The notes under the pieces: generated by a model
What the model saw: only the letters and a program-made list of their open reading frames with translations
Told to the model about the DNA's origin: nothing
Databases searched by the model: none
Shown: positions 1-10,464 of the stretch, one piece after another
Layout of the letters: each line of letters opens with the position of its first letter
Numbering within the stretch: the stretch's first letter is position 1
Position numbers and translations under genes: made by a program
NCBI GenBank assembly: GCA_020184695.1
Contig: JAANOX010000205.1
Location: 124,001 to 188,000 of the forward strand
Direction: 5' to 3'
Origin: Histomonas meleagridis 2922-C6/04-290x
Lineage: Eukaryota; Protista; Parabasalia
Length of the DNA: 64,000 nt

Positions 1-1837
1 TTTTTATTGCTATATCCCAAGGGTATTCACCATTAAATAATAAAAAAGAACTTCTGTTTGTATATTTACATTAATTCCATTAAATGAAAGTAGAAGTGAA
101 ATCATTTCACAATTTCCCGCAAAAGCAGCGAAATGAATTGGAGCCCAAAACAAAGAAAACAAACCCCAAAACACATAAAAAAACTCTTATTTCACAAATG
201 TTAGGATCAATTCCTGGATAAGAAAGTAAAAGATGTGTTTCATGCAAAAAGTTTTTCTCGACAGCATAATGTAAAGCAGTATAAAATCATAAAAATAAAC
301 GCCGATAATATTTTGATGATTAACATCGACACCTTCTTGTGATAAAAGAAAATGAATCGATTGAAGCATTCCATATTTAGCAGCCATTAGAAGAGGAGTA
401 TTCAAATATAGAAAAGAAACTTCTTATGATCATCTGCATTTAAATCAATCTGAGAATTTATTAAAAGAATTCTAATTGCATCATGTTGATTGAATTTTAC
501 TGCATAATGAAGAGGTGTTCTATTTAATAGATCACAAGCATTTATATCAATCGTATTAACAGCAACTAGAGTTAAGAGCGCATCTAATGTACAATGTTGA
601 GCAGCATAATGTAAAGGAGTACGAAAAAATCAAAAGAAACATCAAAAAATTCGAAATTAATATTACTATCTCTGATATTTACATCAACACCGTTTTCTAA
701 ACAATGTAAAATCACGCGAATATTATTATGTATTGAAGCATAATGTAATACGGATAGTTGATCACCATTACATTCATCTAATTGTATTTTATACTTACGA
801 AGAAAATATAACATCAAATCAAACCTTTGGAATTCAATTGAAGTTTCAATGATTCCATCAGTTTTGAAATGTTTTCGTTCGCATATTTTAATGATCGATT
901 TATTTCCTCCAGCAACAGCATATTGAAATACTGTTCGATTCAGATCATCTGTTAAGTTTGGATTAATGCCATCAGCCAATTCTGTGTCTTCATGATCAAT
1001 TATATCGTGATCAATATCCTTTAAAAGTAAATTAGTAAAACATTTCGATGCGCCATAATATGCTGCAAACTGTAACAATGTTGGATTATGGCGAACAAAA
1101 TCACAACGCTCAAAAAGAGAGTTTTCAACTCGCATATTATAATCTATATGTGAAACTGTGGATTGACTAAAATAATCACGAAAATGTTCAACATCATCTT
1201 TACGAATAAAATATTGAATTGATCCTTTATAATAACCAGTCTTAAAGAGTTCTTTATGAAGCTCCCAATCATTATCACGAAGCTGATTAAATCTGTTAAC
1301 AAAAAATTGGAATTCGCTATTAAGGTTTGGGAATTGTTGATGAATAAGATTTGTCAATTGACAAAAAATATCTGGATCTGACTGCTCTATAAGTGGTGAA
1401 AACCAACAATAAAGAAGAAATAAAGAGTCACCAACGGGATATGTCTTCATTAAATTGATAACTTCTTCAAATGTTACAACTCCCTGTGTAATGGCATTGA
1501 GTAAAAAAGACCTATACCACCGCTGATTAGGGAGATCGGTTGGTATAATTAAATTCTTGAGAATATGCAATGAATTCCATGGAAATGAATTATCAATTAA
1601 AATTTTAACAAGCTGTACCAAATAACTTATGGACCATGAGCGGTGATTTGCTGCATTAAATATATTATATGCAACCTGTTTAACTGAATCTTCTGTTGCT
1701 ACTAAATCTGTTGCCAATAAATCGCTTGCTAATTGTTCAACATTATCTTTTGAAATATTAGAAAGGGCTTCTTGAAATGCAACTGTACACAATGCCCTCC
1801 TTAAATCAATCGGAGAAAAAAGATTTGATAAATCCAT
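1..1837 (-). CDS. DUF3447-type ankyrin repeat protein, interrupted by seven 17/18-nt inserts; runs off the window start
   Basis: ATG at 1837 opens a 417-aa ORF with parabasalid ankyrin-gene motifs (IRKDDVE, AAYYGASKCF, YAVAGG). Frame-shifted segments continue as clean ankyrin repeats: RTPLHYAA..., NTPLLMAAKYG..., YTALHYAV..., WAPIHFAAFAG..., NGEYPWDIAIK. Removing 644-661, 624-640, 404-420, 284-300, 168-184, 148-164 and 35-51 gives one stop-free frame with 33/34-aa repeats. Confidence 0.85.
35..51 (-). other. 17-nt non-canonical insert (GTTCTTTTTTATTATTT) in ankyrin hairpin
   Basis: Removal joins CAA ACA GAA to AAT GGT GAA TAC CCT (QTE|NGEYPW) and restores a 34-aa repeat. Confidence 0.8.
148..184 (-). 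other. Two 17-nt inserts flanking a single-codon exon GGG (Gly)
   Basis: AGA [GTTTTTTTATGTGTTTT, 168-184] GGG (165-167) [GTTTGTTTTCTTTGTTT, 148-164] TGG GCT CCA gives CEIR|G|WAPIH, which supplies the consensus Gly. Confidence 0.85.
284..300 (-). other. 17-nt non-canonical insert (GTTTATTTTTATGATTT)
   Basis: Removal gives QNIIG|YTALH and a 34-aa repeat. Confidence 0.85.
404..420 (-). other. 17-nt non-canonical insert (GTTTCTTTTCTATATTT)
   Basis: Removal (AA|G, phase 2) gives DDHKK-NTPLL, avoids in-frame TGA/TAA and restores a 34-aa repeat. The exact boundary can slide by a few nt. Confidence 0.8.
624..661 (-). other. 18-nt plus 17-nt inserts flanking a single codon GAT
   Basis: AAT [ATTAATTTCGAATTTTTT, 644-661] GAT (641-643) [GTTTCTTTTGATTTTTT, 624-640] CGT ACT CCT gives RDSN|D|RTPLH, a 33-aa repeat. 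The 18-mer is in frame, so it is less certain. Confidence 0.75.
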
Positions 1838-1981
1838 AATTTTGGTCAGATAACCGAAATTTTGTTGAAGATGAAAATTTTACCTCAAAGAAAACATCCA
1901 AATTTAAAGCACATTTTTAGAAATTTATAAAGAGAAAATTAAAAATCACATAAGCTTTATAAAAGAAATAATAATAAAAAA

Positions 1982-3205
1982 TTATTGATCAATTATTTTT
2001 ACACCAAGAAATGATTCTATTAAAACATTCGACATTTTTTGTACATTTAAATTTGTTGAATATTTTAAGCATTCCAATATTTCCAAGTTTTCGCTCAATA
2101 CATTCAACATTTCGACGACATTTTCTTCGTTTTCATTTAAGTTATTTATGATTAAATTACATATAACAAACAATGTTTTTTCGACATATTTTTCGTCATC
2201 CAAAACTATTAACAATTTTTCGAAAACGCACACATTAGATAACCATTGCATATTACCAATCTCAACAATATATTTAACACATTTCTTTTGGATTATAAAA
2301 GGAAAATTCGAAATGTTTTCATTTATTATATTCATCACACACAATTTTTGTTCATTATTCCATTTATCCCAACATTGAAACAATGTTTCAACAGAAGTTT
2401 TCATAATTACTAAATCAGAACTTAACATATTCTTTAAAATCCAATCAAAATACGGATGCGGATTTTCTAAATAAAAAATTAAACGTGTCAAAATCTCAAT
2501 CATATAGTTATACTCAGTATTTATGAAAACATTTATCCCGTTCGAAAGAATATAATCATTAATTCGATATCCACATTGAAAAAGAGTTAAATATGATAGA
2601 AATACTCGATATGAATCATTTGGAAAATTTATGGATATGATCGATTTAAGATATGGCATGAAAGCCTCAATGACTGGAGCTGTGAGATCCATGGGAGATG
2701 AAAAAATTGAGAGAATTAATAAATTATTGGAATTAAGAATTTCAAAATCTTTGACCATTGGGAAAAAATCAGTTTCAAATAAAAAACGCCGAGACTCCGT
2801 TTTGAAGAGAATAACAGAAATAAGCTGAATTGCTTCTTGGAGCATGAATGTATTTTGGGAAATTTTGGATAAAAGAATATTAATGATTGGTGCATTTCCA
2901 AAAGTAGAGCAGCAAAAATTGCCATTGTTGATACATGATTTAAGTAAATAATTAAATGAAATTTTTGACTGATTTTCATCAGAATTATCAAATGATAAGG
3001 AAAATAAAAATGATAAAACGCCAATTTCATCTCTTTGAGATTCTTCACAATATTTTTGTATGAATTCAAATTGTTCATATGAAGGAAATAAATCAGAATT
3101 CATAATCATCTTAATTTGGTAATTTATTAATTCATCATAATTCAATGTATTTTCATCAATAGACCGAGGTGCCTTCTTTGGTGTATGCTTATATGAAATT
3201 TTCAA
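1982..3205 (-). CDS. Hypothetical alpha-solenoid (ARM/HEAT-like) protein
   Basis: 407-aa ORF with Leu/Ile-rich helical pattern. The track start is TTG; the first ATG is at about 3109. Confidence 0.65.
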   Translation of the reverse strand: MKISYKHTPKKAPRSIDENTLNYDELINYQIKMIMNSDLFPSYEQFEFIQKYCEESQRDEIGVLSFLFSLSFDNSDENQSKISFNYLLKSCINNGNFCCSTFGNAPIINILLSKISQNTFMLQEAIQLISVILFKTESRRFLFETDFFPMVKDFEILNSNNLLILSIFSSPMDLTAPVIEAFMPYLKSIISINFPNDSYRVFLSYLTLFQCGYRINDYILSNGINVFINTEYNYMIEILTRLIFYLENPHPYFDWILKNMLSSDLVIMKTSVETLFQCWDKWNNEQKLCVMNIINENISNFPFIIQKKCVKYIVEIGNMQWLSNVCVFEKLLIVLDDEKYVEKTLFVICNLIINNLNENEENVVEMLNVLSENLEILECLKYSTNLNVQKMSNVLIESFLGVKIIDQ

Positions 3206-3263
3206 CTAGTTGATGCAACAATGCAAAAATTCACAGACACTGCTAAAAAAATCACAGAAATTT

Positions 3264-4418
3264 ATGACGGGAGCTGTGCCTCGAACCCACCGGTTGAAGC
3301 AGTTCTTTTGGTTTTCATTACTTTCGTTATCATACATTATATCATATAGGTTAAGTAGAAAGAAATGGGAATTTAATCAGATTGTCTCAGATATTATTCA
3401 AAATTCATCAACAATAAAACCAAATCATAGCTCAATTTATAACACAGACGGCTTTATTTATACAGAAGCAAATGCTTCTTTAAGAAGTTGCTATGATCCA
3501 GAATTCGATATAAAAATACATAATTGTGCATACGCAGTTAAAAAAGTTGAAATATGTAAAAACAAATTCCCCAGTTTGGGAAGCGCAAATTCAATTTTAC
3601 CATTTACTACCGCTTGGGTTCCTCTTGAAAAAAAAGATATCTCATCAAAAAAACGCGAAACACAAATATTCCAAGGGAAGACATATCCAGAGTCCATGGA
3701 AATCGGTTCTTACCAAGTAACTCCATCTCTTATAAAACAATCATATTTTCCGAAAGAATATATTCCCTCTAAAAGTGCTGAATCTAACTTCCGTCAAAGC
3801 GAAGCAAGCAGCACTCTAAAGTACATTGGCGGTGGATGGTTTTATCACAAATCCAAACGAACTGGTGGGAATTCATTTGGATTTGATTTAACATCTAATT
3901 TACCCAACATCCTTTCTATAATCACTTCTCTTCTTCTTGGCGGCGGCTTTGTTTCTATTAACATCCAACCTGGATTCCAAGAAACTGAAATCAATCGAAT
4001 GACAAATAATTGTCATCTTGGTGACATCCGTGTGAAATTCTATTACTCAGACACAAGAGCTGTTTCCGTCTTTGCTTGGAAGAGCCACAACTTGCTCACA
4101 AACAAAAAAGTCGGCGGTTATTCGTTCGGCAAAATCCGCAACGGAAAAGTGCCAATCAACAGAATGGAAATTAGCGACGGAATATTCCAAGATTCTACGT
4201 GCGATTTAGCAACTTTTGGGTTGCTAATTATTTCGATCATTACTGGGCTACAATGCTTTAGTGACACAAGGAAAAGATCTTTTTTTTTCTTGAGTTTGGG
4301 CATTTTAAATCTTGCCGAAAGAATATTCTTCAAGGATAAAATTAATTTGGTCATATACGTGTATGCAATAATCGCTGTTTTCGTGTTGATGTTTTTGTTA
4401 AAAATTACTTTCCATTAA
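3264..4418 (+). CDS. Hypothetical membrane protein
   Basis: Long ORF with an N-terminal hydrophobic segment (FFWFSLLSLSYII) and C-terminal TM-like segments. ATG 3264 is preferred over 3210/3213 because the divergent gene is adjacent. Confidence 0.7.
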   Translation: MTGAVPRTHRLKQFFWFSLLSLSYIISYRLSRKKWEFNQIVSDIIQNSSTIKPNHSSIYNTDGFIYTEANASLRSCYDPEFDIKIHNCAYAVKKVEICKNKFPSLGSANSILPFTTAWVPLEKKDISSKKRETQIFQGKTYPESMEIGSYQVTPSLIKQSYFPKEYIPSKSAESNFRQSEASSTLKYIGGGWFYHKSKRTGGNSFGFDLTSNLPNILSIITSLLLGGGFVSINIQPGFQETEINRMTNNCHLGDIRVKFYYSDTRAVSVFAWKSHNLLTNKKVGGYSFGKIRNGKVPINRMEISDGIFQDSTCDLATFGLLIISIITGLQCFSDTRKRSFFFLSLGILNLAERIFFKDKINLVIYVYAIIAVFVLMFLLKITFH

Positions 4419-4524
4419 TAAATTTTTATTGTATAAATAAAAAGGAATTTAAACTGTAAATTAAGTTTAAATACAATTATGAACATTTCCACCTTGTTAA
4501 TTATTTATAAATAGCACAAACTGA

Positions 4525-4650
4525 TAAATAAAATTCTTGGGCAAAAAGGAATTGATGTTAATTCGAAAGATATTCATTTGTTTTAATAATTCGAAGTTTC
4601 AAAAGAATTTTTGATATTATTTTAAATATTTTCTCCATTACTTATTATAA
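4525..4650 (+). pseudogene. Ankyrin-repeat relic carrying degenerate hairpin inserts
   Basis: Reads KILGQKGIDVNSKD, then 21 nt, GAA, a 17-nt GTTTCAAAAGAATTTTT (4596-4612), GAT, 16 nt, then SPLLI. Stops flank it. Confidence 0.7.
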
Positions 4651-5291
4651 AATAACACAAAAATTAAAGTAGCGAAGTTGAGAAATGGAGAAATAAAAAG
4701 TTATCACAATTTTGCAAAATAGTAGTACAAGAACCAATGTTCGCCATATTTAAAATATCATGTGAGGCAATGTGCGAATCATAAAAAAAATTATTTTTTA
4801 AGTATATTTCACTTTATTCAAACGGGAAGGTGATATATTTATTGGGCATATCTGACTTTTACCGTTGTGAACACTTCAACACACTAAAAGCAGTTTCACG
4901 AATTTTCTTCTCGGAAATGCTGCAGTGCGTTCTTACTGCTTTGGTAATGCACACAGCTGAAAACATTATTTTATCTGATGATGCAAATGAAGTTCCATGG
5001 CATATGTTAACGTGCATTTAATTATAAATTCAGAAAATGGAAACAAAATCGTTTAAAATGTCAGTGATATTCCATTCGCAAAAAAATTTTTTTACATATA
5101 ATGAGGTTACTTTTGACTTTGGGCACTTTACATACGTAAAGTTCTGTATTTCCCGCGTTTTCTTTTCTGACAGAAACTGATCGTTTCAGCCATCCAACTT
5201 TGAAAAGTGAACCACTTTTTCAAATAATTTTCATTCGATTATCGGTTTTAGCAGTTATTTCAAATCAGCTCAAGAACACCAAAAGCGGAAA

Positions 5292-8200
5292 ATGAATTTT
5301 GACATACCGATTAATGTTACACAGGAACCGAACTTCAAGATAGAGCCCTCGTTGTCGTCAATTGAAGATGTAACATATAATCCATACATGGCATGTCTTT
5401 ACGGCAGAAGTCCAAATTCCCAACCGGAAATTATTGAAATTGAAACGAAGACAGAAGAAGGACAATCATTACCGCCTCTTAAGGAGTACAGTCCGTTACC
5501 GTACGTAATGTTTTTTGGCGAGAAAAAAGAATTCATATTTTCTCAAATTGGAGAACCACGAAAAGCCATTGAACCAATTACATGTGCCACAGTATCTTTC
5601 ACATCGTATAATATTGTAGCCGGACATAAGAGTGGGAACATATCAATATTTGATGCAAAACTTAATTCACTAATTTCGAAAGTCGATCGAACCAAAACAA
5701 ACAGCTCCGGAATTGTATACATTACATATGCCGCTGATGATCAGTCAATTATTGCAGTTGACCAAGAAAAACATGTTTTACATTTCACTCGATTAGATTC
5801 CATTTTAGCTCCGAAGGAACAAGTTCTATACCAATCTGAATTTAACATTAAGAAAGTGTATATGCCGGAAAGCTTATCGCCATATTTCATTTTCTCCACA
5901 CGAAAAGGAGTATATTTATATAACAGTTCAGAAATTGATGATAACCTTGTTGAGATAGTTGTTTCACCGGATGCCAAAATCAACTTCATCTGTAAGAACA
6001 AAGCGGATGGGACTGTTATCTTAGTTGCATGGTATGGAAGTGATTTATATATTTATAGTATCCAACAATTTTCAGGCAGTATGACTCCACTTTTTAATAG
6101 GAAATTTGACGCTAAAATACGGTTAGTCTCAATTATTAAGAATTTCGGAATTAACGTATTATTTGTTGACGGTACAATTGATGACATAACTAACTATGAA
6201 ACCAAAAACACGTCAAAAGAACATTATGAAACGAATGAAATCAAACGTAACCTTAAGCGAATCTCCGGCATTATTACATATGGCGAATTGTCATATTTCT
6301 TCAATGTTAACAAAATGTTTCGAATGCAATATATCCCTTGGAATGAACGATTAATCGGAATTTCACGTAAAGGTGACTTTACAACTTGTTTCAAGATGGC
6401 GAAAGAAATATATTCAGGAAACATTGAACATTATTTTGGTGTAGATCCAGACCCATCAATCCGATGTAATGAGTTACAAAAGATTATGTTTGATATATTC
6501 TATAATTCTTTATGCTCTTTAGATCAAACACAACAAGTAGCGCAAACATTTAAGACAGCGATTGGAATTAATATGTCGAATTTTGTAGTTAAAGCTGCTT
6601 ATGATTATTATAAGGAGGAGAACAATTTAATATTTTATTTTAAGGCGTTATTTGAATTCGGTGATAATAATTTATCTAAATATATACCATTTTATATTTA
6701 TGAAACATTTATCAATATGGCGAATGAACAAAAATTAATTGATCAAGCAGACTTAGCTATTATTAAGACAGGAATCCCTATTAAATATGCGGATAATTTA
6801 TTGGTATTAGCAGCAAAGAATAATATGCAAAAAGTTTTGATGAAGTTATGGACAGATGTATATTGTGATTTTGTTTCTCCATGTATTTACTTTTATAAAA
6901 CAGATTACTTTATTACTTATGTAGAAGACTTGTTCTTAAATAATAAATTTAGTAAAGCGACAAGTAAACATAAGGAAATTGTCATATTATGGTTTTGTAC
7001 TTCATTCGGTGGTACATTTCCACGTTTATTTGTATTATTTTCTAAGTCACAACAAAAGGCGCCACAATTTATTGCCGAATTTATAAAATATTTCCCAATT
7101 AAATTAGTGAATGATAAAAACTTTGAAGTTGAAAACTTTTGTAATATTATAATCCAAACAGTAATTTCATTCAATCAAGAAATTCGAAACAAATGTATTG
7201 ATGAAATTGCTGATGCTATAGTTAAAAATGACGTAAAAATTTCTCCAATTTGTTTGCAGACTTTGTTTGGTTGGGCATTCTCTACTAATGGTTCTTCTAT
7301 TAGTATCCGTGAAACTATAATTATTACATTAAATACACAATATCCACAAATTGTTAAATTCGAAAATATCATTGATTATTGTGAAGCAGCAGGTTTTTCA
7401 ACGATAGTTAATATAATGTATCGGAAATCAAAGGATTATAAACGTATCATTCATGCAATGGCACTTTCGGAAGAACGGAGAGAATTAGTATTCGATTATA
7501 TACAAAACCCTTATCAAGACCCATTCGACTTATTACATATCGAAGGTAAAGATGAAAACTCTGGTAAAAGTATTAAAGCTGCAATTCAACAATCTCTTTC
7601 AAGTATAGGCGCAATGTTGGATCATTCGATTAGTGTAATAACACCTACAACAGGTTTATTATCTTCGGTTGGTAAAAAATTCTCTAAGTCGAAATTACTT
7701 GAACTTCATGATAAGAAACAACAAAATACTGATGATAACAAAAAGGAAAATGAAGAAGAAGAACAAAAATCTGATCAAGAATCAGTGTCAGAATCAGAAT
7801 CTTCTGTATCAGAATATGAATCAGAATCTTCAAGTTCTTCTTATTCTTCTAAAAAAGAGATAAAAGCTGATGATGAAGTTATTGAAGAACCGGAAACCAT
7901 TGAAATCTTTGAACCTGAACCAGAGAAAGTTGAAGAGCCACCGAAACTTTGTGATGAATTAATGGAAAATGCAGTGATTGAGAACTTCCCATTATTATTA
8001 TTAATTAATGCTTCAAAAGCAGCCGAATTATTAGCAAAGTATTTCCCTGATTATCATGCGACGTTCTTAAAGATGGACATTGATCCATTCATAAAGTTTT
8101 TGTATTTAAGGGCTTTAAGTAAATCTGAATATAAAGATTTACTTACGCATGATAACAACTTCGATTTGTTAACAATGATGTGTAAGTTTGCACCTAAAGA

Positions 8201-9233
8201 AGTATTACCAATGATTAAAGCATCACAAGATATATCTGTTGAAGATGCGTTAAGAGTATGTAAACAATATCGTGTTATCGATACATGTATGCATATTCAT
8301 ACACTTAGAGGTGATATTCAAGCAGCAGTAAATTTAGTAGCTGAAGAAATCGAAGCTGTTTTAGTTGAAGCAATACAAAAAGGAGGCGTAATATATGCAC
8401 CTTCAGTCGATTTAGTTAAAGAAGCACCTGAATTAAAGAAGGCTTATGAAACTGTATTAGTTACATTTGACTTAATGTCGAAAGCACCAAAAGTTGGACA
8501 ATTACTTGATAGAATGTGGAAAGATACTTTCTTAGCTTTCCAATTACCTTTATATCTTGCGTGTAAATGCCCAATACCTGAGACGAAGAATGCAATCACA
8601 TTATTCTTTGCATTTTTCGTTGTGGAAGCATTACAAAGAACTTCACCAGAAAACGTTTTCCATACATTGAAAAGTGACTTCTGTTCGATAGATCAAATTC
8701 AATATCGTAAAGTTCTATCGGCGGTGTTTAAGTATCTCGATTATAACCAAATGCTTTCGAATACTGTTATCGAATTATTGTTAGAAGATTGTATACAGTT
8801 ATATAAGAAGGCTAATGTGCTGAAAACTAGAGCTGCTTTTGCTTATAATCCAGTGTGCGTAATGTGTAATACACCAATAACTGGCGCTGGTGGTATTGGT
8901 GGATTAATATTCGAATGTGGTCATTTGTATCATAATAATTCGAAATGTGGCCAATATAGAAAGAAATGTCCATTATGTAGAAATGAAATGTCTGTAACAA
9001 AACAAAATGATGCACCACCTATAGAAAGTGCTCATTCACAATCAATGAAGTTAAGGAAAATGTTAAGAGTCGAATTCGGATTAAGAAGACATTATGGTAA
9101 AGATCAGGACTTGTCGCAATCAGGTAATAATATATTCTTCATGAGCGACTTCCAATTCACACCTAAGACTCAGTATAAATTGGAATTACCAGAGAAAATA
9201 CCGGAAGAGAAGCAAGTGTACTTGGAATTATAA
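5292..9233 (+). CDS. Vps8/Vps41-like tethering subunit (WD40 N-terminus, helical repeats, C-terminal RING)
   Basis: 1313 aa. WD-like GHKSGNISIFD; C-terminal CxxC...CGHLYH...C...CPLC RING; acidic insert near 7700-7930. Confidence 0.65.
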   Translation: MNFDIPINVTQEPNFKIEPSLSSIEDVTYNPYMACLYGRSPNSQPEIIEIETKTEEGQSLPPLKEYSPLPYVMFFGEKKEFIFSQIGEPRKAIEPITCATVSFTSYNIVAGHKSGNISIFDAKLNSLISKVDRTKTNSSGIVYITYAADDQSIIAVDQEKHVLHFTRLDSILAPKEQVLYQSEFNIKKVYMPESLSPYFIFSTRKGVYLYNSSEIDDNLVEIVVSPDAKINFICKNKADGTVILVAWYGSDLYIYSIQQFSGSMTPLFNRKFDAKIRLVSIIKNFGINVLFVDGTIDDITNYETKNTSKEHYETNEIKRNLKRISGIITYGELSYFFNVNKMFRMQYIPWNERLIGISRKGDFTTCFKMAKEIYSGNIEHYFGVDPDPSIRCNELQKIMFDIFYNSLCSLDQTQQVAQTFKTAIGINMSNFVVKAAYDYYKEENNLIFYFKALFEFGDNNLSKYIPFYIYETFINMANEQKLIDQADLAIIKTGIPIKYADNLLVLAAKNNMQKVLMKLWTDVYCDFVSPCIYFYKTDYFITYVEDLFLNNKFSKATSKHKEIVILWFCTSFGGTFPRLFVLFSKSQQKAPQFIAEFIKYFPIKLVNDKNFEVENFCNIIIQTVISFNQEIRNKCIDEIADAIVKNDVKISPICLQTLFGWAFSTNGSSISIRETIIITLNTQYPQIVKFENIIDYCEAAGFSTIVNIMYRKSKDYKRIIHAMALSEERRELVFDYIQNPYQDPFDLLHIEGKDENSGKSIKAAIQQSLSSIGAMLDHSISVITPTTGLLSSVGKKFSKSKLLELHDKKQQNTDDNKKENEEEEQKSDQESVSESESSVSEYESESSSSSYSSKKEIKADDEVIEEPETIEIFEPEPEKVEEPPKLCDELMENAVIENFPLLLLINASKAAELLAKYFPDYHATFLKMDIDPFIKFLYLRALSKSEYKDLLTHDNNFDLLTMMCKFAPKEVLPMIKASQDISVEDALRVCKQYRVIDTCMHIHTLRGDIQAAVNLVAEEIEAVLVEAIQKGGVIYAPSVDLVKEAPELKKAYETVLVTFDLMSKAPKVGQLLDRMWKDTFLAFQLPLYLACKCPIPETKNAITLFFAFFVVEALQRTSPENVFHTLKSDFCSIDQIQYRKVLSAVFKYLDYNQMLSNTVIELLLEDCIQLYKKANVLKTRAAFAYNPVCVMCNTPITGAGGIGGLIFECGHLYHNNSKCGQYRKKCPLCRNEMSVTKQNDAPPIESAHSQSMKLRKMLRVEFGLRRHYGKDQDLSQSGNNIFFMSDFQFTPKTQYKLELPEKIPEEKQVYLEL

Positions 9234-10464
9234 GCATTTTATTTCCGCATACTTAAAAAATAATGAAATTTTAATTTGATTTTGATTGAGCTTTGATGTC
9301 TTCTCAAAAAGTGGATTTAAAGAAACATCAAAATTCGCAAATTTTTATTATATTTTCATCATTTGGAATAATTAAGAACATTCTCAATGAATTCTTTGTA
9401 ATGTGTTAACATTTTATACGAATATAAGTCCTTAGACATTTTTTTCTTTTTGATGGAAGAATGTATGAAGTTCAACTTGACTAACAGATGGTGGAATTTT
9501 TGAGTTAATAAATCAACCAAGCGTTCTTCTAAGGAGTTAGAAATGCTTATAGCCCTGATTTTTGCTTCTGAGTATAATTCTTCCATAAGAAATGTGAAGA
9601 TTTTTCAAGTGTTATGCAAATGGTATCTTGGTATTTTCATAGTTTGCAAATTTGAATCCAGACTTTTAACAAAAAAATTTCTTCTCTAGAAATACAACTT
9701 TACAGATTTTTCATTTTCATAATTTACAGCTGTATTATTCTCGTCTATGCCTTACTTTCAAAGCACAGCGTACATATACCATGACAAACTCTCATAATTA
9801 ATAAATATATGACACAAAATATGATTTCAACAATGTGTAATATGTTTATCATTCTTCATAATTTTTATTTTCTTGGTCATTGCTTATGCTGTTTCTTTTT
9901 CATCCTTTCTTCAGTTTCAAAAAAATTGGTTATCAGTTTTTTCGGTTTTGCACAAATTTTTTTCTGGCATTTGAATACAAAATAAATGCCACTTTACAAA
10001 ACCCAAAAAATTCAAAAAAAATTGTAATTTAAGTCAAAATGTGTAGATCATAACGTGTTGTTATCTTGAGAAAAACATAGTAATTGTTTTGTTTAATTTT
10101 GTTGAGATTCATGAATTTATCAAATATAATAATTTTCATTTTGATCAATTTGTGAACATTATACTGTACACACATTTTCTTGATGTTATTGTCTAGTATC
10201 TACTGAATAATAAAATTTATTCCTCTCTCTTTCTTATGCCAGTTTCATCAAGAAAATTTTCTTTGTGGTCACAGTTATCACCATTCAAAATAATTTAACA
10301 AAAAGTGGAATTCACCATCAAGGCCCCAAAACTCCCACTTTTTATATTGACATGTATAGAAAAAACCTCACTTTTGTTCGAAAAAAGGCGATCAGATCAA
10401 TAGTTTACATTGCTTATTTTTTCAAAAGATTATCCCCCAATTCAACGAATTTCCTGGAGAAGAG

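Noticed and set aside
35-661. Homopolymer sequencing errors as the cause of the frameshifts
   Set aside because: Gaps are a constant 17 nt of mixed sequence at one motif position. Single-base corrections would leave 5-6 extra residues per site and break the 33/34-aa register.
35-661. Canonical GT-AG or U12 AT-AC micro-introns, or U-deletion RNA editing
   Set aside because: There are no AG or AC 3' ends and no branch motif, and the inserts contain A, G and C as well as T.
9359-9586. 75-aa ORF and upstream degenerate coding-like sequence
   Set aside because: No recognisable motif and surrounding frames are broken; at most a relic.
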